This document shows, one piece after another, positions 1 through 12,197 of a stretch of DNA of 64,000 nucleotides. The stretch lies in assembly GCA_016748015.1 (NCBI GenBank), contig JAAOMT010000198.1:232797-296796 (forward strand), written 5' to 3'. The stretch's first letter is position 1. The number at the start of each line of letters is the position of its first letter. The notes below the pieces were generated by a model that made no database searches, was not told the DNA's origin, and saw nothing but the letters and a program-made list of their open reading frames with translations. Position numbers and translations under genes: made by a program. Origin of the DNA: Geosiphon pyriformis uo1 (taxonomy: Eukaryota > Fungi > Glomeromycota).

Positions 1-3000
1 ATTTTTTGTTGCCAAGAGAGTTTTTTCTTGGTTTTCGGAGTGCAGAAAACACTGCAAGTTGATTGCGATGTTTAATTTCCTTACGAACATCCGTAATGGC
101 AGATTCCCATCTCATCTCAGAATGGGTGACCAAAGGTTTCCGTTCTTCGTTGAGAATGGCGTCGGGGACACAGCTATTTGGAAGGAAACGAATGATTATG
201 CCGACTGGGATTGAAAGGAATCCGATAAGTACGGTAGTAATCCATTGATACAAATTAAGACTTGTAGTTCCAAACGCCACACCACCATATTGGACAATAA
301 AGAATTGTCCAGCAATGACGACAATCTGAATTATAATAAAAACGTGATTGTGCAATATATTATGGAATATATTCAAGTGATCATCGATTCGTCGGCAATT
401 AAGTTCATTGAACACTTGTAGAAAAACGAACGTATTAAAAACAAGAGTTCTAAGCACAATTTTATCGTGCTTGCTATCGTCGAGATGGAATATTGCAGGT
501 CCCTGATTAAGGAGGGCTAAATTGATGAAAATCTGGAAAGTGGCCTGTCCGATAATCATTTTCCACATACGATAACTAATTAAGGAAGCCGTCTTTTCCG
601 TTGGATACCGGTTAAGGAGTTCATCGGTAGGTGGTTCGGTAGCTAATGCAAGTGCAGCAAGAGTGTCCATAATAAGATTGACCCAAAGAAGTTGCACAGC
701 AGAAAGCACTGATTCATTATCGTCGCTCAAGACAGCACTGGTGAAGGAAAGGACTACGGCTGTGATGTTGACGGTAAGTTGAAATTGTAAAAACTTTCGT
801 ACTGAATCATTGACTGCACGACCCCATCTCAAAGCATTGACGATAGAATTGAAGTTGTCGTCCATTAAAATAATCGAGGAAGCTTCTTTTGCAACCTCAG
901 TACCAGTTATCCCCATACTGAAACCAACGTCTGCCATTTTCAAGGCGGGACCATCATTTGTGCCATCCCCAGTAACTGCTACAACTTCGTTCAGTTCCTG
1001 CAAGCACTTGACCACAATTGTTTTATCAGTCGGAGACGAGCGAGCAAGCACTTGGAGACGTGGTACCATCTTTATTTGCTCCTCATGAGAAAGAGCACGA
1101 AATTCTGGGCCAGTAATTGCAATCCCTTTGTTATAAATTCCAGCTTCTTTAGCAATAGCTTTAGCAGTAGCAATATTGTCTCCCGTAATCATCCTCACAT
1201 AAACGCCAGCCTTCCTGAATGCTTCGACAGATTTAATAACACCTGGACGTAAAGGATCTTGTATTCCAACAATTCCTAAACAAATCAAGTTATCATTCGG
1301 AGGGTTTTCGTCATCAAATTTTGCAAACTCAGCACCAGATACTTCACGATAAGCGAGGCAAATTGTGCGCAGAGATTTGTTCGCAAAGTTAGTTATGATT
1401 GTGTCAAACTTTGATCTTGCTTGCTCATCCAACTTTTTGTTACTTCCATCACCTTCAACGTATTCAGTGCAAGAAGCCAATACAATCTCTGAGGCTCCTT
1501 TGACGTAGATACGGTATTCCGCGTTATCACTGGACGAAATTTTGACAACAGTTGTCATGGACTTTTTCTTTGAGGCAAAAGGATAGACTTTAACAACTTC
1601 TAAAGAGTTCCTTATTTCTCTATAATCTACGCCAAGATCTTTGCTAAATCCAAGCATAGCACACTCGGTTTTGGAGCTTACAAAAATGTGATTGAATTAG
1701 TACAAGTCATAGTTTAATACAAAAAGATCAACCATTTTGAACTAAAGACATACCCAATAAAATCCACCTTGTCATTTTCATCTTTCCCTTCGAAGGCCGA
1801 GGAATTAATGGCTATAGCTTCCATAATGAGGTTGAAAGTCGAGGGATTGACTTGTTTTTTCCATTCGGGTATCTCTGATTGACTTTCGAAAGTCTTTTGA
1901 GCAAGAACACCTTGTACAACTGTCATCTTATTTTGAGTCAATGTGCCGGTCTTGTCAGAGCAAACCGCAGTAGCGTTACCCATTGTTTCGCTGTTTGAAT
2001 TGAATAATGAATTAAACCAAAAATATTCAGTTTTTTGAGAAAGTGGTAAACTTAATCATACCATGCGGATAATACACGGACTAAGTTGTTATCTTTCAAC
2101 ATTTGAGTTGTGGCATAAGCAAGAGCGAGGGTAACCGCCATGGGTAACTTTAAATTCAAATGATTAGCTAAGCAGAGAATAATAAGAGCAGAAATTTGAA
2201 AATTTGAAAATCAGACCTACCCCTTCGGGAACTGCTACAACAACAATGGTAATTGCTTGGATAAAAATTTGAACAAGTGCAGCAAGAATTGTTTCAAAGT
2301 CAGGAAAGTGGTCAGACATAGCACCTGCGATGAAAAACTTGAGGGTCAGAGTGCTAAGAGAAACCCAAAGCGAAATAATAAATGTTAGTTAATATTCAAG
2401 ATTGTTATAATAAATAGTAAAATCATTTGGCCTCAAAATGACCCACATTAACATGAGGAGCGCAGCAGATATGCCTAATCTTGCGATGTGTTCAGCAAGT
2501 ATGTCCAGCTTCATTTGAAGAGGGGTCTCGTGATTTTCGTCGCTACGAAGAGCCTAAATTCAAATTCAAATTCAAATCCAAATACGTAAGATCTCTTGAA
2601 TATTATGAAAAAAGTTTTCACGAAGGCCCACTCACCATCATAGTTTTTCCGAAGAAAGAATTTTGACCTATTAAACAGTATAAGATATTATGATCTTTAA
2701 AATTGAATTAATCAGAGATTCCTACTTACCAACAGCAATTACGACAACCTTTCCAACTCCTTCAAGGACTTTGGAACCACTCAAAACGAAAGGATCACCA
2801 CCAGATTCTAGATCATTCTTTTTCATAGTGTCTGATTCTCCGGTAGCACTCGATTCATCACAGGTTAAATTATGTCCACTCAAAAATATTCCATCAACAG
2901 CGACAATATCACCTGGTTCAAGAAGCTATGTTTACGAAAAATATTATGTTATGATATAGTAAATAAAAAAAATTAGATGCAATAAAAATGGATAGGAGAA

Positions 3001-3964
3001 ATATATAAATTTTTTATGCAAGGTATTACCAAAATGTCCCCAACATTAACTTCGTGAACAGAGATTTGTTGTTCCCTGCCATCACGTATGAGCTGAGAGA
3101 GAAAGATAATAAGAGTAAAAAATAGATAAACAAATTTTTATTATCCATGTACCTCGACATCACATTTACCTTAACAGAACGATCTTCTTTTTTCGCATTT
3201 AACTTTTTGAATTGTTTTTCTTTTTGATAATCATTAATAGCGTTAGTAAAAACAACAGCTGCCACGGCAGTAAGAATAGCAACACCTATCGTAAAAAGAT
3301 GATTAGAATATAGGTTCATCCAATAGCAATTAAGGATCTATTAAAAAAAGCACCTTCAACCCAACCAACACGTGGTTCTCCTTCAGTATGACGGGAAGAA
3401 TAATCTTCGCTGATACCAACAGCCAGAGAGAACAAGGCTGCGATACTCAGCATGACTACAAAGGTAACAAGTTGTTTAAGATGTTTTTTAAAATTAATCA
3501 TGAGATATCGACATTGCCTTGATCAAAAATTTAACCATTAGATAGTAAGAAAAACTTACTCAAAGTTTTATCCTGATAAGCGTCCCATATTAAAGAAATT
3601 AGAGATCTTTGCGCGACATCTGGTAAAACCTTTAAAAAAGGGATGATTTGATTGTCAGTTGAAGGACAATTTAGGAAGCTGTCAAAATTATCGATGATGA
3701 GATATCATGTACATTTTTTCCATAGTATTTTCGCCTTTCTTTAAAAGGACCACTTTTTGAATCATCTAGGCCTTCATCAGAGCTCAACCCTACGGAAGGG
3801 TCTACCCGCAAACCCTGTAAAATTCGTTTGGTTCCGCCATATTCCTCCAACAATTCGGGATCTTTAGGGTCTACTAATTTGGCTAGTTGTTCTGGTGTAA
3901 ATGCGAATGATTCTCCTTCCTCATTCAACAAACGTTCCTCTTCGTGATTTTGATGAGGTGGCAT
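1..3964 (-). CDS. PMC1: P2B-type calcium-transporting ATPase (PMCA/Pmc1-like); 11 GT-AG introns seen; 3' end runs off the window
   Basis: Motifs VAVPEG|LPMAVTLALAYAT, CSDKTGTLTQNKM (phospho-Asp), KGASE, MITGDN, VAVTGDGTNDGPALK, LLWVNLIMDTLAALALATEPP; ATG at 3964 (MPPHQNHEEE). Confidence 0.96.
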
Positions 3965-4666
3965 TTCGGAAACTTTTCTAACAACAGAATTTCTTATATA
4001 TTAGATAAATAATGAGCCTGCTTTTTCTTGAATAACATATATAGACAAAGCAAAATAGCCGAATTAATGGGACACCAAGATTTTCAATATTATTTTAAGC
4101 TCTCTGGTACTTAATGAACTTACCGTCAGCGAGAGATAAAAATTAATGATTCCTCGGAAGAGATATTGGACAAAAAAAAGTGTTTACAAGGATATTTAAT
4201 TAAATTTTTGATGTGGAACATGATTACAATGCAAAAATTAAAGTAAATTTGCTAACAATATATGGTCATGATCTGTTTTAAATTCAATTATATATAATTG
4301 GTGAAATTCATGATTTCACGATTTACGTACAATTGATAACTGCTTGTTGTGTTTAGTGCAATCGGCCGATGATACATTAAATTGTTCCCGGGCTTAAAAC
4401 TTTCCAGAATTCTATGGTCGAAACAGTTTTTATTCTAGAAATGGTTATATTAACCAGATCATGCAGAGTAAATTGGTCAACTTATTCGTTATTTATTAGA
4501 GTAGAATCATAATGATATCACTTAGTAGAATTTATTTTAGCTTTTTCTGTAAATTAAATTGAAAAAAATTTGTATGAATATGCTAAGGAACATTCTAAAT
4601 ATTAATTTGACTACAATTTTCAATTTCAGCTACGACATATAGATATCAATGATAACGTCTTTGAAT

Positions 4667-6024
4667 TTAATAGTCCGAGATGTTAATTTTCCTCTGGTTT
4701 CTATTTTGTTTGTTGATAGCATTGTATATGTTGTCAAAATCAAAGATATCTTCCCATTCTAAAGCATCAGTCAACTTAAATTCCCCTTGTTCCGTTCTCA
4801 ACAAATCAACCATGCATGCCGCGCTGTCAAGTTCAGATCCCATATCACGAATTAATGATCGTATATAAGTTCCACTACTACACTTCAATTGGATTTTGAA
4901 AATCGGATATTTTTCACCATCTTCGTTGATTTGATCGATTTTTGTTGATTCTTCGTTTTCTTTATAGGTATACTTTATCCTTTTTGACTTGAGCTTTTTA
5001 TTTTTTTCATTGAAATTATTTTCTTCCTTTTTGAAAGCACTTGATTCCTTTTCTTGATGGTTTTTCTCATCTAGATCTGTGCAATAATTTTCGTTTTATT
5101 GATGAATATTTCCCTCTTTGGATTAAAATAAATTTTCTTAGAATTGATGGAATAATTTATTTCATTACCGTTATTTGTTGTAGGAGTATCACATTGTTCT
5201 TCAGATTCCTTTTTTTCATAATCTTCTTCATCTATATCATTTTTGGTTTCCTTTTGGGGAAAATAATTGTGATCTGTTGTAAAATCGAGAAGATTCAAAA
5301 AATGAATCTTGATTTCACGTCGAGGTATTTCTTTGGGTAATCCTTCATTTGATCGAGCATAATCATAAAGACGACGGCCATTCATACGAAGGGCGGAATA
5401 TCTAAAATTATAAATATGATAGATTAGTATTATATTCATAATCATGTTATTTTTCAAAAATAAAAAGTATTGGCCTGACTTTAAATACATCTTACAAGGG
5501 TGGAACCTGCTGGATAGCCCCAGTAAATTTGGGTAAAATGGCTTCGATCTTCTCTTTGGTGATGTGTTTGATTGAAGCTCTTTGGATTATTTTACCCTCC
5601 GAATCGTCAGTATCAGTAGAAATACCAAACATTCCAACAGCTTCATAAACCTAACTTACGTAATTAAAACAGAATGCGAAAGTCAATTTCGATGAAGCAT
5701 AATTTTTAATTTTGTCAATTCTTGGAATTGGTCCAACAGAGAAACAAATCACAAACCTTATGAACACACCTTTTCAACGAAATTCGTATGCTTATTCAAT
5801 TCCTTACAACCATCATTAACACCAATCACGAGAACACCTCTTGCAAGTGGATCCAAAGTACCTCCATGTCCTAATTTCACTATTTTTCTTCTGGTCATCT
5901 CCAATTTCGTGACAGCAGCATGAACTCTAAAAACTTTATCAACTGCCTCAAGAACCTGCATACAGGTCTTATGGGCTGGTTTTTTCACAGCAAATAGTCC
6001 ATGAAGGGGAATTTTTTTCGCCAT
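4667..6024 (-). CDS. PUS4: tRNA pseudouridine(55) synthase, TruB family; 4 exons
   Basis: GLFAVKKP, GHGGTLDPLARGVLVIGV (catalytic Asp), QQVPPL|YSALRMNGRRLYDYAR, KCSSGTYIRSLIRDMG; the frame is restored by an intron at ~5168-5077. Confidence 0.93.
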
Positions 6025-6194
6025 TGCTCATGTCTTGAGGCTCTGAATAAAATGCACTTTATTTAGCAGATGATATTTTTAAATTGTCGTGAAAAGAGTT
6101 GACTCTATGTGACTCAGAATTCTCGAATCTTCGGAGTCAATGAGTGCTACAATTAATATAAAATTATGGTTCTTTTGTGCGTTTGCAAACTTCG
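6025..6194. promoter_or_regulatory. 170-bp bidirectional promoter (PUS4/PRP38) with three TGACTC-type elements
   Basis: Head-to-head ATGs at 6024 and 6195; TGACTC 6100-6105, TGACTCA 6110-6116, GAGTCA 6134-6139. Confidence 0.65.
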
Positions 6195-7485
6195 ATGGCT
6201 AACCGCACAGTTTCTGATGCCATTGCGATTCACGGAACTAATCCACAATATCTGATAGAGAAGATAATAAGGTCCAGAATATACGACTCCTTATATTGGA
6301 AGGAGTCTTGTTTTGGTCTAACAGGTAAAGCTAATAAATATATCGATGTAAATCTCTTTTTAAATTAACACCAAGAACTACACTATTATTTTAGCCGAAA
6401 CTCTTATTGATCGAGCGGCTGCTCTGACAAGTTTTGGGGGTCAGTACGGAAATCAAAAACCAACAGAGTTTCTTTGTCTCGTTCTTAAATTGTTACAATT
6501 GCAACCTGGAAAAGATATTGTAGTAGAATTCCTCAGAAATGAAGACCACAAGCAAGTTTTTTCAATTTCATCGATTTTATTTAATGAGACTCACATTTAT
6601 CGAATCTATTAATCTTAAAATTTTGAAATATGAAGATACCTTCGAGCTTTAGGGGCTTTTTATCTGCGACTTGTCGGAACTTCTCTTGAAATATATCAAT
6701 ATTTAGAGCCATTACTAAATGATTATCGTAAATTACGCAGGAGAACTTTAGGTAAAAAGAACTCAATATATTATTATGGAGTTCTTTAAAGATTGGCAAG
6801 TTTAATTTTTCTATTGGTAGGTGGTGATTTTGATATAATCTCTATGGACGAATTTATTGATGAACTTCTTCGTGAAGAGCGTGTATGTGATACTATCATG
6901 CCTCGTATCACCAAACGCTACGTTCTCGAGGAAAATGAAGAGCTTCCCCCCAGGATCAGTGCTCTGGAGGAAGACTTAGAAGATGAAGAGGATGAAGTTG
7001 ACTTTTTATCAAAGTCGGAAAAGTCGGCAGATAGAGATAATCATCGTGAAAAAGATGATTATGAATTCCACCAAAATTCTAGGCCTAGAAGTAGAAGTAT
7101 TTCTTTATCTTCCCGAGGCGAGCGGCCTCCGCGAAAGTATAGGGATCTTTCTAGGGATGCATACGAGCGAGGTAATCAGAGGCTACGAAATTCACCTGTC
7201 CTGAAATAATATATATTCATATGTTTTTAACTATATATATATATATCAAATTAAGGGCGTACAAGACGTTCCAGATCCCCTGTGAAGAAACCCTCTAAAT
7301 CATATTCAATGTCGCGATCCCGCTCCAGGTCAATCTCACGTTCTAGAAATCCACGCCGGAGCTACATTGACCGTAGTACAAGCAGAAATAGGCGAAAAAG
7401 GCATTACTCCCGAAGCCGAAGTAGAGAAACATATCATCATAGAAGATCTTATTCAAAGAGTAGAAGTCCCAGCCGCAGCGGATGA
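6195..7485 (+). CDS. PRP38: Pre-mRNA splicing factor Prp38 (PRPF38A-like) with C-terminal RS domain; 5 exons, intron 2 is GC-AG
   Basis: MANRT..IHGTNPQYLIEKIIRSRIYDSLYWKESCFGLT, PTEFLCLVLKLLQLQP, KYLRALGAFYLRL, MDEFIDELLREERVCDTIMPRI; RS-rich tail. Confidence 0.95.
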
Positions 7486-8199
7486 ACAAAATATATTTTA
7501 TGGGGGTGGTATATCTCTTTGCCAATTTTTTGGATTGAACCCGTTTTTTCCATCTCATCCATTTCTTGTTCCTATTAATTCTTTGGGATTTCCGCTCAGC
7601 ACTCTCTTCTGGGATAAAAGAAAGTATATATTCCCAATTAATTCAGAAATAATTGCCTAGTGAAACAACAATTTTTTTAAACCAAGCAAAAGATGGGTAT
7701 TTTAATCTCCAAAATCAATCTTTAGTCACCCACTCAATTTTTCAATGGAACAATACAAGACTTCTAAGTCGCAATGATTGCTGGAATCTAAAGTTTATTA
7801 TATCATGATCTTGGATTGTTCAATAAATCAATAGGTAAAAAAATATCAAAGCTTCTTTTTTTATAAATTATATATTTACCTTTCCTTTATCGTTGGAATT
7901 TGATTTTAGGACTTTGAATTCTCGATTTAAAAAGTTCACTAATTGTTTGTGTCAAAATAAAAAACTTTGTAGTAAATTTTGTATTATATTACATAAAAAA
8001 AATATGTTTAAAAATTAGAGACTATTTGTCATCAAAGTTTAATTTAACATGGTTAACAAATATTTACAAGTGGTTTTTATGAAAGTCTGGACATCAATGA
8101 TCAAAAATTAAGTTTTCAATTAAATCCGAATCAGATTAACATATTGATCGCTACAACAAACAAAATGTCAATGATTTTTGTAACACGTATATCCATAAT

Positions 8200-9955
8200 A
8201 TACTAAAATTTAATACAATTTAATAAATATGTGTGTCAAAAATTTAAGAGCTAAATTTTTAATTATTAATAATATTGTTTGTTATTTACAAATAGTAAAA
8301 ATAGTTTAAATTAAACGTATATTTTTTTAAATATTATTATTTCATATTAATAATATTTAATATAGATTGAAAAATATTATCAAAATGTTTTAATTATTAT
8401 TATGATTTCAAAAATTTCAACCGGTTATAACTTAAAACAAAAAGTTTTAACTTGTAATAAAAAATTAATTGCAATTTAATTACAATATTAAAAATAATAT
8501 TAATTACAGTATATATATGTAAATTAAAATAATAAATCAATTGGTTTTAATTAAAATTAATCATTATTTCAATTTTATAAAAAAAAACTTTTAAAAAAAT
8601 TTATTTAAAAAAACTAATATGTTTAAATAATAGTTAATTCAAAAAATTCAAATATTTTCAAAAACAATAAATTGTTAATAACAAAAAAAAGTTTATTTAT
8701 TAATTATTTTAATAATTGAATAATTTATTAATAAATACAAAAATAAATTAACTAAAATTTTTTTAATAAAAGTAAAAAAAAAATAAACAAATTAATTTAA
8801 CAAGTTTAATAAACAATATGAAAACATAATGGGCATTAAAGTTTTGTAAAAAATTTTAATTAATAAACAGATATTGTAATATTATTAGATATTAATTATT
8901 ATTATTAATTAAAAATTAAATTTCAAAAATATTAAAAAATATTTTATTTTTTATTTTTATTATTAAAATTGTTTGCTTATTCAATTTTTATTATTCAATT
9001 ATTTAATTTAATTATTCGATTATTTAATTATTTTTAAATTAACTATTATTATTAATTAATATTATATAATTGTACAATCTTTTAAATTTTATAATTATTA
9101 AAAATATTATTAAAATTTACTATATAGTATTTAATATTACAATTTTATATAATAACAATTTTTAATAAACTAAATAAATGGCTAATTAATTAATTTTTAA
9201 TACATAAAAATTTTATTTAAACTAAAATTTAATTATTCAAAATAACAATTTATAAAACTAATAAAAAATTTAAACCTAATATTAAAAAAAAAATTTAAAA
9301 TTTGAATTTTATAATAAAATAAAATTAATTGTAAATTTCTAAAATTTTGGATTTAATATTATGTTTTATAATTAAATATTATAAAAAAACAATTTTTTTT
9401 TGCTAATACATAACAATAAATTAAAAAAATTTATAAAAAAAAATTAAAACAAAACTAATTATTTTTATTAATAATATACAAAAATTAATACAAAAATTAA
9501 AAAATATATATAAATAAAATTTATATATTAATTAATAAAAATATTTTTTCATTTATTTAACAAATGTAATTCAACTATAATTTATTATAAATAAAATACT
9601 TTAAAATAGATATAATTTATATTTTAATTATTAATAAATATATTAAATAAAAAAATAAATTAAATAAAAGCAATAATATTATAATATTTTATTTATACTT
9701 AAAAACTAAAATAATAAATAATAAATAATAAAATTTTGTATATATATAATAAAAAATTTATATAATATATTATTTTTTAATATAATATATATAATAAAAA
9801 TTAATTCAATACTTTTAAAGTTATAAGTATTTGTTTTTTAAGCTTTATATTTGTTTTTAAACTGATTAAAATTTTTAAACATAATAATAATTAAATTATT
9901 AATATATTTAATTTAAATTTTTAAAAAACTAAAATAATTATTTAATAATTACAAT
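8200..9955. repeat. Hyper-AT (~90%) decayed repeat DNA, origin not readable
   Basis: Almost no G/C; the residual C/G lies mostly in AC/GT dinucleotides, as in spacers that do align to retroelements. Confidence 0.55.
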
Positions 9956-11173
9956 GCCAAGTAGCTTTGAACACATGTAAATTTGAGTCTTCATTGATTT
10001 GTTCTGATTTCAGGAATCGGTGCTAGATCGAACATTGCCACATTACTGATGTTATTTGGAATAAGAATTTGAAGGTAAATTGAGTTAAAGTTAAGGGTCA
10101 TTTAGGTGTCTCAGGCAATGAGCAAGCTGATGCACTTGCTAGAGCGGCAGCTTCCTTCTCTTGGTGGCTACTTTATAGGATTGGTGAGCATTTTTTAAGA
10201 GGTAGTGGTTCTGTGGTTTTTGGTAATTCAAGACACTTTGTTTGTAATGTTTTTCGGTCTGTTAACCAATTGCATTGGGAGATTAGCTCTGGTTCCCAGA
10301 TTGTGGTTGGTAGTTTACATGGTAATATTAATTAGTCCAGATCTTTTTTGGTGTGGCATTCCAATTCCCATATGGCTGCTGGTTCCACTAGTGCACAAAT
10401 GGCTGGCCTTTAGACTTACTTTATAAAGGCTCTGCACCACCGTCTTCCTGTGGCTATGTGTAAGCATTTGTATGATAGATGTTATCCCAGCATGATGTGT
10501 TTATTCTGTGGTGATGTCGAGATTTCTGATCACGTCTTTTCCTGCTCCTTTGATGCTGCTGGTTGTTTTCATTTGATGAATACTTTTGCAGTGACTTGGG
10601 AAACCTGTTCTGGTTTATCTTGTTCCTCTTTTTGTGTTTCACAGTTGTTATCTACTTGCACATCTGATGTTGTAACTGATGCAGCTTTGTGTAAGGGTTT
10701 CATTTTCAGAGATTGGTATCAGAAATCTGTTTCCACTTTTAAGGACCCTAAGATGGTGGCTATTAATGTGATGAACTTTGTGCATGATTTTTGTATTGCA
10801 TTCCAGGATGATATTTGGCTGGTCTGTGCAAAATACCATGCTGTTATGGAAAGAAATGGGCTGATCTTACATGATGGCTTCATTCCTGTCTCTGTTTCTG
10901 ATTTTTCTGAGCAGCTTTTGTCTGGTGTTGTTAGGTTGTTGAGTGTTGCTAAAGCGTTTGGCATCAGTTTTGGGTTTCATAAGTTCTGTTTGTTTTTCTC
11001 TGATACTTGTAATGGGGTTTTGGTTTATATAGGTGTCTAGTGTAGTTTTGACTGGTCTGAGTGGCTGGTTATATGTAGTAAGAGCATGATTCATGCCTAG
11101 TTTAGATCATTTGAATGATGTATTGCACTAGGTGGCGTTTGGACTTCACTCATTAAATATTAATAAAAAAAAA
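9956..11173 (+). mobile_element. LINE copy A, 5'-truncated (end of RNase H, C-terminal zinc finger, 3' UTR, poly(A))
   Basis: VKGHLGVSGNEQADALA, CLFCGDVEISDHVFSC, stop at 11040, family 3' UTR, poly(A); probable TSD AATTACAAT on both sides. Confidence 0.92.
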
Positions 11174-11915
11174 AATTACAATAAAAAAATTAAAAAAATT
11201 AACCAAATTCATTAAAATCCAATTTTTATAACCATAAATTGAACCAAAATAAACAAATTTTATAGTTTAAATTTTAAAAAAGCTAATTTAAAATCAAATA
11301 TCTTTTTAATAAAACCATTAAAAAAACAACAACTTTAACATAAATTATAAATTTAGTAAATTAATTAACAAATATAGTAAAAAACTTTAAAAAAACAACA
11401 AAAACAGTTTTATAAACTAAAACCAAATAATTTAAACTTTAATACTTGTAATAATATTAATATTTAAAAGTTTTTTATTAAATACAGCTTTTATACAAAA
11501 TATTAATTTTAATAATTGTTTTATTAAAAAATTTTTTGTACTTAAAAATAACAATAATAATATTTAAAAAAACTTAAAATATAAACTTTATATAAAAAAT
11601 GTTTAATATTTTTTATAATTAATTTTAAATTAATAAAACCATGTAAAAATTAAAAAACAGTTTAAATATAAAATAATTTGATTTTTGTTGTATTATTAAA
11701 TATTAAAATAAAGCTTATTTAATTAAAAAAAATTTTAATAACTTGTAACAATTTTTTAAATACTATTAAAAATTATTTTTTTAACAATAATAATAATTTT
11801 ATCATGTATATAATTATAAAATATAATATATATATAAATATATAAATTAATTTAATATTTAAAATAATAAAAAATTTAAAATTTAAAATTTAAAACAAAA
11901 AAAAATTATTATTAT

Positions 11916-11960
11916 TAAAAATATAGTATTTAAAAATATAGTATTTAAAAATTTAGTTTT
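11916..11960. repeat. 15-bp tandem repeat x3
   Basis: taaaaatatagtatt taaaaatatagtatt taaaaatttagtttt. Confidence 0.6.
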
Positions 11961-12197
11961 TAAAAAATAAATATAAAAAAATTAAAAAAGAAATATAATT
12001 AAAATAGTTTATTAACTTAAAAACATTATTATAAAAGCATTATTTTTAAGCAATATAAAATTTTTATTATTTGGTTAATATTATAACAAAAATAAATTTA
12101 AATAATAAATAATAATTTATTTAAAATTAAAACATAACATAAAAAATTAATAATATATATTTTGTTTAAAAAATATAAATAATAAAAAACTTGAAAA

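Noticed and set aside
63-2959. Plus-strand ORFs over the ATPase
   Set aside because: Antisense shadows of PMC1 exons.
8875-9066. Possible small solo LTR (TGTAATATTA...TAATATTATA)
   Set aside because: TSDs do not match, and such inverted matches are expected by chance at ~90% AT.
8200-9950. Mitochondrial insertion, endosymbiont DNA or centromere explanation for the AT desert
   Set aside because: No organellar or bacterial gene remnants; it has the same dinucleotide signature as spacers that align to TEs. Centromere function cannot be judged from sequence.
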